Part shown: positions 31,126 through 44,200 of the stretch, piece by piece
Numbering within the stretch: the stretch's first letter is position 1
How the letters are laid out: each line of letters opens with the position of its first letter
Source: Eledone cirrhosa
Lineage: Eukaryota
Assembly: GCA_964016885.1 (NCBI GenBank)
Contig: OZ024741.1
Span: 52,080,001-52,144,000 of the forward strand
Direction: 5' to 3'
Length of the DNA stretch: 64,000 nt
Position numbers and translations under genes: made by a program
The notes under the pieces: generated by a model
Database searches by the model: none
Told to the model about the DNA's origin: nothing
Seen by the model: the letters and a program-made list of their open reading frames with translations, nothing else

Positions 31126-31195
31126 ATGGACTTTGGCAGTTTCGACCCCCTAACACGGTACTGCTGGTCCACCCGGGGGTCACATCGTCTGACAC
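31126..31195 (-). ncRNA. Hammerhead-like motif, CAGACGA core
   Basis: CAGACGA-ugu-GACCCCC...GGGGGUC-GAAA-CU(GCCAA)AG-UC; 7-bp stem II and GUC triplet; weak stem I. Confidence 0.45.
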
Positions 31196-31519
31196 AAGCC
31201 AAAGCGCTGTCCAGTAGAGTAAAAAACAAGACAAAATATAAAATGTTATGTGGGGCCAGGAAGAGGATATGGTGGTTTTATAGCAGGAAAGTCTCATGAG
31301 TGAAACAAAGGATAAAAAGGAAGAAAAAGGAAAAGGATGGAAAAAAGGCAAAAAGGAGAATGTAAGGTATTGTGGTTAAAAATCTAAGCCATTGAAATTA
31401 ATGGGGGGGGGGGGGGGGAAGAGAGAACACGTTTATCACAAACTTAGGAAAATTAACAAAGAGCGGACAAGACAACGAACGAAAAATAATTTTTTAAGGG
31501 GAAATCTTTAAAAAATTGT

Positions 31520-31558
<39 letters not shown>

Positions 31559-31586
31559 AATGAATACTTGGAGTATAAGCCGTTAA

Positions 31587-31631
<45 letters not shown>

Positions 31632-32019
31632 TCATACATATATATATATATACATATATATATACGATATATATATATATATACATATACACTCGTATAT
31701 TTATATATATATATATACACACACATATACACACACGCATATATATATATAAATATGTATATGTGCATATATGGACAGACATACCTTTTCTCGAAGAAAT
31801 CTTTTTGTTTCAACCCCTACCCACTCCCCTTGATCTTTCTGTATTTTCTTTAATTTTTCATTCATTTTTCTGATGAAGGACTGTATTGTACTTCCTCGTC
31901 TGTTGTCTTTTTTCAGTTTACTTTTCGCACAGACGCACTCAATCACACACACACACACACACATACATATATACTATATTGTATAAAATACATACATAAA
32001 TACATACACACACACACAT

Positions 32020-32051
<32 letters not shown>

Positions 32052-32789
32052 GTATATGTATATGTATAATATATATATATGTATACACACACACACATAT
32101 ATATATAGATATACATTACACACACACACACACACATACACACACACACACACACACACGCGCGCACACTAACAAACAGACTTTTCATAAAAAAAAAGAA
32201 GTTTTTCCTGTTTATTTCTACTTTCCACTTTTATTTCGTATTAGAGAGCAGCTCCTACTTGAAATCTCCAGGGAAAAACATACAACAACAACAAACAAAA
32301 TCCCCCACCATTTGCCACTTAAGTTGCCATTATTATTTATAGTCATAAAATATTTGTTTTCAGTTGCATCGTGTTTTATATTCATTTGTTTTAGCTTATA
32401 TTATCTAACAACATCGTTAACAAGACGCTGTAAAAGGAGAAATTCAGAATTCTTGTCGACTTAGATGTTGCTACACCAAATTTTCAGCTAAACCATGCAT
32501 GAATCATTTCATTGAACTATCTACATACTAATGCCTCCTTCAATTCTCTCTCTCAGTTTTCACGTGTATATTTATGTCTCTGTGTTTGTGTGTAGGGTAG
32601 GTGTGTATGTGTGCGCTGTGTATGTATGTATGTATGTATGTATGTATGTATGTATGTATGTATGTATGTATGTATGTATGTATGTATGTATGTATGTGTG
32701 TGTATGTATGTAAATATGAATGTATGTATATATATATATATATGTATACGTGTATGTTTGTATGTATGTATGTTCACTCTTTTCTCTTA

Positions 32790-33510
32790 ATTTTGAATTT
32801 ATCTTTGACCAGCCATCCTCCCGGGGGCAAGGTTATAAAGAAAAGGAAATTGTCATCGTCTCTTGTGTAAGCATTTGTCTTTTGAATTGTAAGAGTGTTT
32901 TACAGATTTTGAAGATTCCAGGTATCATGGCCATTTGTAACTTATGAATTAAGGAGCGACGTTCTTTCTCCACAAATCCAAGTTCAGGTATACTTTAGGT
33001 ATACTTTAGATGGGTTGTATATAACCTGTAGCTTCAATAATGACAGGTATGAAGCTGAAGATGCATCTTGGATACTGGATTTTTAAAGTCCTTATCAATG
33101 GTTCGTAGATATTCTACTTCTTTTGTATTTTTCTTACTATACTGACATCATGTGGGCAGCTGCCTTCTACAACACAGCATGTTTTTAAACAACAGGCCGG
33201 TTATGCTTTAATTTGGGGACAATTTTTATTTTTAGGTTCCACTAGTATTCCTTTGAGCCACCAGTCTCAACATATTCCTCCCGATTTGATATGTATGTGT
33301 TATCTCTTTATCTTAATTTCGAGTATATTTTTTTTGACCGGCCACCTTCCTGGTGGCAAGGTTGTAAAAGAAAAGAAATTGTCATCCCTTGAATCGCAAA
33401 AATGTTTTACAAATTTTGAAGGTGCCAGCTATCGCAGCCATTTGTAGACTATGAATTAGGGAGCTGCGCTTTTTGTCCGCAAATCCAAGTTCAGTCATAC
33501 TTTGGTCCAA
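32790..33510 (-). mobile_element. Two tandem 3' fragments of an R4/Dong-like non-LTR element
   Basis: Minus strand YEPLIRTLKIQYP...FIPVII...LQMA.I.G.FKICKT; 32790-32995 repeated at 33305-33505; flanked by (ATGT)n. Confidence 0.6.
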
Positions 33511-33974
33511 GCGGGTTGTATGTATGTATGTATGTTATCTCTTTCTCTTAATTATGTATGTATGTATGTATGTATGTATGTATGTATGTATGTATGTATG
33601 TATGTATGTATGTATGTATGTATGTACATTAAAGGACCCAACGTTATGCAGATCATCCATCGTAGATGTGGTATCTCGTGGCTGGTGCAGGAACAGAGTA
33701 AAATATTCATTAAAGACAACAGAAAGCTGGACTGGAAACTCTTTAAAATTTTAATTCGCGAAAGCACTATACATATGCCAATGGACCAGTTTCATCATCC
33801 GATTATGATGCAAGACCTAGGTGATTTCATCAGGTGTTGATTGCAGAATTTGTTATATAAAACAACTGGACTACGGCGAACACAACAGAATAGAAAATAG
33901 AAGATAGATTTGGTTCGGAGATGGCCTGCAAATTCGGTGTTATTGTAACGGCAAACCGTTACAATAACATCGAT

Positions 33975-34470
33975 GATGCAGGCGCTCCAACACCACCTCG
34001 GAGCTGTTTACGTGTCCCGGCAAGGTGTCTAGTATGGGTTTGAGTATTCTGGCTAGGAGCCATGAAATTTTGTAGAGCGGTCCTTCCACGCTCGATACGA
34101 TGGGTCTGATCTTCAGGTCGGGTCCCTGTTTGTGTGTTTTCACAAGGTGGCAGAAGGCGGGTAGTCTGCTGTTCCTCGTGAGGAGGTTGTATCTGAGCTT
34201 CTTCGGGAGCTTCCGCTGGTCACAGATGTTGGTTCAGGCGGAGTTGATGTGCTCCTCGATCTGCGCAGGAATGATTACTGTGACTTTGGTGTAGAGGTTG
34301 TCGTCGTCAAGGTGTTGGAGGGCCAGGGTGTTGTAGGCCTCTCTCCTGATGACGCAGAATTCTTTTCCCTTGTCGGAGGGGAGGTAGATGAGGTTCTTCG
34401 ATTTCAGGCTGGAGAGAGTGGTGAGTTGAGATTTAGTGAGGTAGGATATCAGAGATGGAGTGTTTTAACC
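33975..34470 (-). pseudogene. Penelope-type RT N-terminal fragment
   Basis: PSDKGKEFCVI (PLE DKG motif) and KTHK...IRPIVSSVEGPLYKISWLLARILKP. Confidence 0.85.
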
Positions 34471-34591
34471 TGATGAGTTTGGTTGGTGGGTGGGTGGGTG
34501 GGGTGTGGGGGGAGGTGGTAAGTGGGGAACTTGGGGCGGGTTGTGAGGGTGCTGTTATTTTCCGTGGCGCTGTTGATGGCGGTCACCCATC

Positions 34592-34835
34592 AGGGTAGAA
34601 TGTGACAAGTGCAACCACTACTATATCGGTAGCACAATCCGACCGCTACATATCCCGATCAAGGAGCACATCAACACCAGGCCTCGTCTTTCCGGAAACA
34701 CATAACCAAATGCGGAAACAAAGACGGAAGGCCCATTGTCACAGTGCTAGCGACAGAATGCAGCGTCGGCACGTTACAAATCAAGGAAGCACTTTGGATC
34801 AAACGCCTAGGACCACAAATAAATAACCGATCCGA
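34592..34835 (+). pseudogene. Penelope/Poseidon-type GIY-YIG fragment, inverted relative to the adjacent RT
   Basis: VECDKCNHYYIGSTIRPL..IKEH...IKEALWIKRLGPQIN. Confidence 0.75.
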
Positions 34836-35448
34836 GAGAAGCGAGATGAGGTGGCTGGTGTAAACAAACGAGACAACAGCACACGCACACACACAGTGGC
34901 ATTCGAACGATTGTTATTGTGTGTATAGCGCCCCCAACATCCACCGACCAACAAGCGACCAGGCAGACTACTACACTGCCAGTATCAAAGACTCTATATA
35001 GGTAGTATAATAGATTGACAGCTAGCACCATCCCACTCCCACAATAAAGAGGATCTGCCTCGACCTTTGCTTGACCGCACCTATTTCGCGCGCACACGCG
35101 CTCTAGAGAATATCTCAGTTACACACAAACGGCAGACAACAGAAGCCACGTACCGTTCCTCTCTGACAGATAACTTTCCCCCTCGGAAAATCCCCCGGTT
35201 GATGGATGCGAAATCCGAAATATAGGCACAATTAAATCTCTCCCAAGGTAACTCTATCTCATGTTATTATTTTTGTTTTTATCTTTACGCTCTTTCCTAC
35301 GTTCCTCTACACACTATACATCTCATTCTACACTTCCTCTTACATCTCTCTCTTCACCACCGGATTCTGTAAATCCGGAGATTTACCCATCTGCATTGTT
35401 GAGGATTCCATATATATATATATATGGAAATATATATTGTTGAGGCTT

Positions 35449-35499
<51 letters not shown>

Positions 35500-35685
35500 T
35501 GTGTGTGTGTAAAATTAAGCATTTTGCTCAAGAACACAACACGCTACCCACCCATTTCCGAAGAGGGCGTCCTGCTCCTCCCTTTCCGCCTCCTCAATGT
35601 ATGTATGTATGTATGTATGTATGTATGTATGTATGTATGTATGTATGTATGTATGTATGTATGTATGTATGTATGTATGTATGTA

Positions 35686-36294
35686 TGTCAGGTCACCAAT
35701 TGGTGCTACTGGTAACATGTATCCCAGTACAACCTGTCTCATGGTCGGGTCGTTGGCGACTAAACTGGCAACCCCACCAAGGTTTCTTGGTGAGGAGGGT
35801 GACTTTGGACATCCTGCAGAACTAAAGACAAAACCTGTCAAAGGGAAAAGGAGCTCTTAAGAGTCAATGGCCATCCAAAATCACCGGGAGAGATGACCCC
35901 TTACCCTTTGTCAAGGCAGAATTCTAGGAGAAGCAAAACTCTGATATAACACCTGCAACCCTGATGGTATCCAATGATGTTGACTTGTTCTTCTTTTTGG
36001 TAAATATCATCTTGGTTAAGAGAGTGGGACTGGCTTTGTGCAGTGCCTTTGCTCACTATAAAAGCTTCACGGCACAGGCATTGCTTTGTATCTGGAGATC
36101 TCTCTGCACTTGTCGTCACATGGTACCATGGGCCCAGCACTATGTGTCAATAATTGTCACAAGTGTAGTGTTTGTACCAGAGTTTTCAAGTCGCTGGCTG
36201 GACTAAAAAGTCACACTCGTTCAGCGCATCGGTAGGGGTTCTCCTACGTGGATATAAAGTAGTGGCCGTACTCGAAAACGAGTTGGGAGCCACC
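35686..36294 (-). mobile_element. About 610-bp interspersed repeat in an (ATGT)n tract, RTE 5'-UTR-like
   Basis: Near-identical reverse complement of 43191-43799; RTE assignment is from recalled similarity only. Confidence 0.7.
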
Positions 36295-36950
36295 ATGTAT
36301 GTATGTATGTGTGAATGTGTATTTGGAGTTTATGTACACGTGTATGCGTATATGTGTGAGTGTACATGTATATATATTCATATATATTTGTGTGTGTGTG
36401 TGAGTATGTATGTATGTATGAATCTATGTATGTGTATATGTATGTATGAATTTTTATATGCGCACGCGTATATAGAAAGTATAACAACATCAACAGTGAA
36501 AACAACTTCAACAATAACAACAACAGCAGCAATCATTGCCAACAAGTATACTAACGATAATTAACCACCAATGCAACTATTTAACAATCAATATCTAACT
36601 CCCCATGCCCCAGAAAAGTCGATCACTTAAAGAAACAAATATATAAACAAATAACAAGTCTAAGAAATCGTAAAGAAACCAACAATAAAATTTTGATTGC
36701 CATTGTTAGCAGACGACAGGGGTTAGATTTTCGGTAATTGTCGGTGATTTCCGTCGACGGTTCTGTTGCTAAAACTTTCTCAACAAATCACACAGCAGCC
36801 ATTTATATTTAGTTTATTCTATCGTCTGCCTGTTTCTAGTTTTGTCTTTGTTGAGAGTGTTCTTTTCAAAGTTTGTTGTTTTTGTTCTTGTTGTTCTTCT
36901 TTTTCTTGTTCTTCTGATGGTGGTGGTAGTGGTGGTGGTGGTGGTGGTGG

Positions 36951-37078
36951 TTTCTTCTTCTTCTTCTTCTTCTTCTTCTTCTTCTTCTTCTTCTTCTTCT
37001 TCTTCTTCTTCTTCTTCTTCTTCTTCTTCTTCTTCTTCTTCTTCTTCTTCTTCTTCTTCTTCTTCTTCTTCTTCTCTT

Positions 37079-37108
<30 letters not shown>
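36951..37108. repeat. (TTC)n microsatellite
   Basis: Direct reading. Confidence 0.95.
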
Positions 37109-37113
<5 letters not shown>

Positions 37114-37504
37114 GTTTAATGTTCTTTTCATTTACATAAAAAATCGAAAGTATCTGATTTTTTTTGTTTTATATTTTTTTGCCCCCCCCCCCCATATACG
37201 TTCATTTTTTGCCTTCCTTCTTTTTTTATTCCCTAACCCCTTCTTGTTTCTCGTATTTCAATAATCCTTTCATTGTTTCTGTCTTTTCCCTTCTTCCTTC
37301 ATTCCCCCCTCCTCCCCTCTCTATCTATATATTTTTGTTTTCTCTTTCTTTTCACAATCATTCTTCTTTTCTTCTTTCGTTCCTTCTCCCTTGCCGTCTT
37401 TCTTGCTGGACTTTCTATTTTCTTAATTAACAAACGCCAGTCATTATCAAAGCGATGAACAGGGAAATTTTGAAGGTGATAAACAACTTTTAAAATTCGC
37501 GAGG

Positions 37505-37760
37505 ATGGACAGAGAGCTCATAAAAGGACAGAGAGTTCAGAAAAAGGACAGAGAGGTCAGAAAAAGGACAGAGGGGTCAGAAAAAGGACATAGTGGTCAG
37601 GAAAGCATTAGCAGGGAGTCTTGCAACAAGATGAAGATTTGGACCCGAGAGCTATCAAGGAAAATAAAAATAAGACTATTCACTTCAACAGTGGAATCAG
37701 ACTTGTTACACGGATCAGAAACTTGGACAATAACGGAAGCACTGAAGAAAGAACAGAGTC
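37505..37760 (+). mobile_element. 20-bp minisatellite followed by an RTE RT fragment
   Basis: CAGAAAAAGGACAGAGAGGT-like units; KIWTRELSRKIKIRLFTSTVESDLLHGSETWT. Confidence 0.6.
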
Positions 37761-37829
37761 CTTGAGTTTGAGACCCTTGAAATACTTCATGACAGGAACA
37801 CTCAACCAGAAACTTTATAAAGGGTCCCC

Positions 37830-39180
37830 CGAAGGTTTCTCACTACTGTGCATGCTTTCTTTTCCATGTCCCATATCATAATATCTGGTCTGTTATGCCT
37901 GCATTTTATTGGGTTTTTACTGGAACATTCCACCAGTACTCTTTCATATTATGTACATGGATGTCTTCCACATTGCTGTAGCTTTTAATGTGTTTATCGG
38001 GGCTATCTTTTTTATGGATTGCATCGTACAGTGTTTTGGCCACTACACCATGCCTCATGGGTAGATAGTACCGCGATGACATCTTTGGACAGCTGCTTAT
38101 GACATGGGTGATATCTTCAATGTCAATTCTGCAGAGTCTGCACTTGTTATCACATCTAGGTGTTTTGCCTACATCCTATCTCTTTTGTGAATCAGGTATT
38201 TCGTGTTAATTTCCTGTTCTTGGATTGCAAAAGCGTATCCTTCAAAGTGGGAGCCAATATAGCGGTTGTTGGTCCAAGATAGACTACTTTACTTATCTAT
38301 ATTACTCTCACTCTGGAGCTTCCTGGCAACATATCCATGCATGAATTTTTGCTGATAAGCATGCAGTATAGGATATATTCTCATCTATCCCCAGATATAT
38401 GTAGCAGTCTTCATCAGATATCGGTAAAACAGTTAGGCCGTTGATGACAATGTTGCTAGATTGGGTTGTTGTTTCCCCCCGCTTTACAGTCATATATGAG
38501 CATTTTTCTTGGCCAAACTCCATTCTTATATCCTTGAAGAACGTTGTAACCAGGTCAAGATTTTTCTTCATCCCATCCATGATCTTGGCATAGAGTTTCA
38601 GATCATCCACAAAGAAATTATGGGTTAGGTTCGTATTTCTGTCCTCCTGTGAGCCAATGATGTATCCTTCACATTTCTTGAGCAGAAAGGACAATGATTT
38701 AATGACAAGGTTTAATGACAAGATGAATAATATCACAGAGAGACTGTCTCCCTGAAATATACTCCTGCGATATTTTATTTTATCAGTGAAAATAGAGTCC
38801 TCCTTCTATGCCTTTAACCTTAGGATAGTAGCCCAAGAAGAAGACAACCTCTTTATGGCTCTGATAATAATGTCTGGGACTTTAGCAAGTTGGAGGGCCT
38901 CTATCATCCAAGAGTGGGGAACAGAATCGAAAGCTTTCCTGTAGTCCAGCCAGACTGTAGTCATATTCCTCCTAAGTTATCGCACCTCCGACATCGCAGT
39001 TTTGTTGATTAGGAGTTGTTTAGCACATCCCCGAACCCCTTTCTTTCCAGCCGCTTGTTCATCTGTGATGATGTTATAATTTTCACAGTGATCTTGGAGG
39101 AATAGGTCCAGGCAGGCTGTATCCATCTTATACATCAGATTCTGGCATGCAATGGGTCGGTAGTTTTTTGCCTGATGACA
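37830..39180 (-). mobile_element. R4/Dong-clade non-LTR retrotransposon remnant (RT, CCHC knuckle, start of RLE)
   Basis: NYRPIAC, QLLINK, WLDYRKAFDSVPHSW, IFQGDSLS, FFVDDLKLY, FAIQEQ, CRLC...ITHVISSC...RH, RPDI. Confidence 0.85.
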
Positions 39181-39398
39181 TGGGTGATATCCTAGATATT
39201 AGTTCTCCAGCTTTGTTTTTTCTCTCTCGATTCAGCCCCACTCCTTTCTCTGCTCTAGCCTTCTCTATTCTACCACTCCAATTAATTGACCCCCCCCCCA
39301 ACCATGGAGAACATTCCATGAGATCGATTCATCACCATCCCAATCCACATCACTCAGGCATCAATCAGCTTTGAATAATTTTGTGTATGTGTGTGTGT

Positions 39399-39434
<36 letters not shown>

Positions 39435-39438
<4 letters not shown>

Positions 39439-39593
39439 ATAATAATAAATTTGAAGACTAAAATCCAAAGAGGGCTCGATAAGGATAAATATATATCAGA
39501 TATATAAGAACGGTAGAGCAAATATTTTCAGAAGATCCCGTTAAGGGTGAAAGCAGCGATTCTTTGCTTAAACTTTAATCTGTTATTTTAATA

Positions 39594-39600
<7 letters not shown>
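39435..39600. mobile_element. PLE pLTR end with a micro-inverted family B hammerhead-like segment (39524-39574, +)
   Basis: 39435-39526 is collinear with 58481-58571; the next approximately 70 bp is inverted relative to that copy. Confidence 0.8.
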
Positions 39601-39633
<33 letters not shown>

Positions 39634-39680
39634 ATATATATATCTATATCTAGATAGATAGATAGATAGATAGATAGATA

Positions 39681-39771
39681 TACAGGGTGTTCCAAAATAG
39701 GTATACACACTTTGATTACCTGTACAGGCAATATATATTAAAGTGTGTATACATTTTTGGGACACCCTGTA
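39681..39771. mobile_element. Tc1/mariner-type MITE
   Basis: TA-CAGGGTGTTCCAAAA...TTTTGGGACACCCTG-TA. Confidence 0.8.
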
Positions 39772-39831
39772 TATATATATATGTGTATATATACATCACG
39801 TACACAAACACACACTCACACATACACACAA

Positions 39832-39864
<33 letters not shown>

Positions 39865-39890
39865 TATATATATATATTTATATATATATA

Positions 39891-39973
39891 TATTGGGTCG
39901 TCAAGTATGAATTTGTAGAAATTTGTAGAAAAAACCTCAAAATTTTACAAATTTCATACTTGATGACCCAATA
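39891..39973. mobile_element. Mariner-type MITE
   Basis: TA-TTGGGTCGTCAAGTATGAA...TTCATACTTGATGACCCAA-TA. Confidence 0.75.
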
Positions 39974-40204
39974 CACGCACACACACACACACACGCCCCC
40001 CCCCCCCACACACAAACACATACATTACAGTTTACTTTAATTTTAAGCACCGATTTTTAACCTTCCAAAATATTGAAGCATTCATTCCTTTCATAGATAT
40101 ATTTCTCCACGATAGTTCACATTATCCTATTTCACCGTGTTTAAACATAACTATATACATACATGCATACATACATATATACATATACATATATATATAT
40201 ATGT

Positions 40205-40235
<31 letters not shown>

Positions 40236-41025
40236 TATATATATATAAATAAAACCTTCAATATCAACTTGTTTTTTGGTGTTTTTTTTGCTTTGTTTAC
40301 ACTTATTATTATGATTTCCTTATTTGGTAACTCTTTCCCATTAGCCTGCATATTTTTAATATTAGAACTGCACACATTTTCCCATCCCATTAAATCCACC
40401 TACTGTTTACATTAGAACTTATTTGAGCTCTTTCATTTATTTTTTTGGCGAATGGTTTTTGAAATCATAAATAAATGCTGCCTACCTTCCTTCCTCTCTC
40501 ATCTTTCCCTCCCTCTCTCTCTCTGTGCTCTCCTACCTCTCTCTCTCTCTCCCTCCCTCTTTCCCCCTCTAACCTCCCCATCTCACCTCTCCCCCTTCCC
40601 CCCTCTCTCGTACTGCTGACTTTAATAACGGTTTCTGTCTAATTGGAGCTCAAGATCTGCCATTTGTGGAGCTGCGAAAGTCGGTTACACCGCCTCAGTA
40701 CTTGACCAGTCAATGTTGCCTTTCATCTCTTTGTGGTCGCTAAATAAGATACCAGTCCAGTACTTTCCATGTACCTTATTCTATCGACATCAAAGTTGAG
40801 CTCGTCGGGATTTGAACCCAGAGTGAAGTGAACGGGAATAAATATGGAAACATACCTTAACGAGCCTACTTACAATTCATGGAGATGAGAAAATAAATCA
40901 GTCAATTTCACTTTTCATATTTTTGAGATCGATAAATAAAGTACAAATCCAGTACTGGGGTCAATTCTTCTTCTCTCTCTCTTTTTCACACGCATACATA
41001 CATACATACATACATATATATATAT

Positions 41026-41088
<63 letters not shown>

Positions 41089-41196
41089 TTGTAAACTCTG
41101 CTAAGAATACTGCAATCGCTTGTGAGATTATAGAGTTTGGTGAACTTTTAGGCTGCGGCCAGCCACACAAACCTGTAACATATCTTGAACAAGCAA

Positions 41197-41606
41197 TGCC
41201 TGTACTTTGAAAGTTTTTTAAGTGGGGAAAGGGCTTGCACTCAACCAATCCCACTCTCTGAGCATTGAAAACACTACCCGAAAAGGAGAACTTGTCAACA
41301 TCATCGGATGCTTCCGAAGCCGCGGGGTTTCTTTTTCAGAGTTTCCCTCTCCTAGAAAGGTGTTGTGGCAACAACTGGGAGCCTTTCACTCCCAGGTGAA
41401 AAAAAAGGTAGTATTTGGATGGTCGTTGACTCTGCTGAGTTCCTCCGCCCTTTGCCGGGTCTTGTATTTCATACTGCAGGGTTTCCAAATATCACCCTCC
41501 TCACCAAGCAACTTGGTGGGGTTGCCGGTTTAGTCGCCGACGACCTGACCATGAGACAGATTGTACTGGGTTACATGTTGCCAGTAACACTCGAGAGCAA
41601 CCTGAC

Positions 41607-41608
<2 letters not shown>
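41197..41608 (+). mobile_element. Diverged copy of the RTE 5'-UTR-like repeat
   Basis: GTTTAGTCGCCGACGACCTGACCATGAGACAG...GTTACATGTTGCCAGTA shared with the 43191-43799 copy. Confidence 0.7.
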
Positions 41609-41694
<86 letters not shown>

Positions 41695-41992
41695 TATACA
41701 TACATACACACATACATACATAAATATATGCACACATACAAACATGCATGCAAATACATATACACATACATATATATATACATACATTCCTTTGTCAGTG
41801 TTGAACAAATGAGCAACGATGGTTGCTAGACACTACGGCTTAATTCGGGATGTTTGTTTACAAACACACCGAGCATTATAATAAATGTTCGGTGAATCCA
41901 TACGTACATATATATATGTGTGCATGTATGTATATATATATATACATACTATTGTACATCTGTATACATATATGTATGTACGTATACATACT

Positions 41993-42023
<31 letters not shown>

Positions 42024-42432
42024 AGACATACACACATTCAAATATACATATACACATACATACAAACATCCACCCATCCGTTGAGCCATCCATTCATATA
42101 TACATATATACACACACACATACATACATACATACATACATACACATATATATACATACACGCATACATATATAAATACATACATATATGCGTCCATCTA
42201 TCTATCATCCATCCATATATACATACATACCCACGCATACATACATACATGCATACATACATACGTACATGTATGCATACATACATACCTACATGCAGAC
42301 ATACGTACATGCATACATTCATACATACATACATTCATACATACATACATACGTACATACATGATAGTTGCCCTCTCGTTATCAAGTATGGCTATTGCAC
42401 GATATACCATTATTAATAATTATTAATTAATA

Positions 42433-42535
42433 CCCGCCGAGGTTAACTTTGCCTTTCATCCTTACGGGGTCGATAAAATAAAGCACCAGTAATACACTGG
42501 GATAATTGCTGGTCTTGTGCCAATTGTAGAAACAA
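42433..42535 (+). mobile_element. 5'-truncated SINE, family 1
   Basis: Core and tail match; ATTAATTAAT on both sides. Confidence 0.75.
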
Positions 42536-42552
42536 TTAATTAATTCTATCGT

Positions 42553-43106
42553 GCAATGCCTGTGCGTGAAGATATTTTTTAAAGTGAGGAAAGACTGTGC
42601 ACTGAGCCAATCCCACTCTCTGAGCGACAGTAGCTATAACCCGAAAAGAAGAAAAGATCAACGTCATCGGTAACTACTGAGCCGCAGGTTTTATATCGAA
42701 GTTATTCCAGTTTCCTGAATTGCCTTCTCCTAGAAGAATGCCCTGACAAAAGCTAGGGGCCCTTCACTCCCAGTGGTTTAACCGCGCGATCGGGTGTCCA
42801 GCCCGACTATTTCTATGTCCCCGCGCATATTCATACACATGCACCCATGTATATACACATATACATATACATACATACATATGTACATGTGTATATACAT
42901 ATTTACACACTTTTGTATGGCCGTTGACTCTTAAGAGTTCCTCCGCCCTTTGTCAGGTTTTGTTTTTTGTCCTGCAGGGTGTTCAAAATCACCCTCCTCA
43001 CCAAGTAAACCTGGTGGGGTTGCCGGTTTAGTCGCCGACGACCCGACCATGCGACAGGTTGTACTGGGTTACATATTACCAGTAGCACTTAAGGGTGACC
43101 CGACAT
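42553..43106 (+). mobile_element. Diverged copy of the RTE 5'-UTR-like repeat, interrupted by a microsatellite
   Basis: Similar to 41197-41608. Confidence 0.65.
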
Positions 43107-43190
43107 TCATCCATCCATCCATCCATCCATCCATCCATACATACATACATACATACATACATACATACATACATACATACATACATACAT

Positions 43191-43799
43191 GGTGGCTGCC
43201 AACTCGTTTTCGAGTACGGCCACTACTTTATATCCATGTAGGAGAACCCCTACCGATGCGCTGAACGAGTGTGACTTTTTAGTCCAGCCAGCGACTTGAA
43301 AACTCTGGTACAAACACTATACTTGTGACAATTATTGACGCATAGTTCTGGGCCCATGGTACCATGTGACGACAAGTGCAGTGAGATTTCCAGATATAAA
43401 GCAATGCTTGTGCCGTGAAGCTTTTATAGTGAGCAAAGGCACTGCACAAAGCCAGTCCCACTCTCTTAACCAAGATGATATTTACCAAAAAGAAGAACAA
43501 GTCAACATCATTGGATACCATCAGGGTTGCAGGTGTTATATCAGAGTTTTCCTTCTCCTAGAATTCTGCCTTGACAAAGGCTAAGGGGTTATCTCTCCCG
43601 GTGATTTTGGATGGCCATTGACTCTTAAGAGCTCCTTTGCTCTTTGACAGGTTTTGTTTTTAGTCCTGCAGGATGTCCAAAGTCACCCTCCTCACCAAGA
43701 AACCTTGGTGGGGTTGCCAGTTTAGTCGCCAACGACCCGACCATGAGACAGGTTGTACTGGGATACATGTTACCAGTAGCACCAACTGGTGACCTGACA
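43191..43799 (+). mobile_element. About 610-bp interspersed repeat in a (CATA)n tract, RTE 5'-UTR-like
   Basis: Inverted near-identical partner of 35686-36294. Confidence 0.7.
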
Positions 43800-43994
43800 T
43801 ACATACATACATACATACATACATACATACATACATACATACATACATACATACATACATACATACATACATACATGTACATGTGTATATACATATTTAC
43901 ACACTTTTGGATGGCCGTTGACTCTTATGAGTTCTTCCGCCCTTTGTCAGGTTTTGTTTTTTGGTCCTGCAGGGTGTCCAGATACTCCACCCTG

Positions 43995-44200
43995 ATTAAT
44001 CTGCAGATACTCCACTCTGATTATACCTCTAGATTTATGCCTGTGATTATTGTGGCACTGGGATATGTTAGTAACTGCCTCAATACAAATCTTGAGAAGC
44101 TAGGCTTCACATGAACCGAAAGAACACAACTAGTAAGGAAATTACAAGTACAATCCATTAATGGAACAGTAAAAATATGTAAAACATTGCAAATATTTTG
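43995..44200 (+). mobile_element. R4/Dong-like 3' ORF fragment
   Basis: NLQIL...FMPVIIVALGYV...LEKLGF...LQVQSINGTVKICKT. Confidence 0.6.

Noticed and set aside
35197-35230. TTGAT-GGAT(GCGAA)ATCC-GAAA hammerhead-like string
   Set aside because: Core incomplete and no stems I or III.
43191-43275. HDV-like ribozyme at the start of the 610-bp repeat
   Set aside because: A 7-bp G-U-initiated helix (GGTGGCT/GGCCACT) exists, but I could not build P3, L3 and P1.1 consistently.
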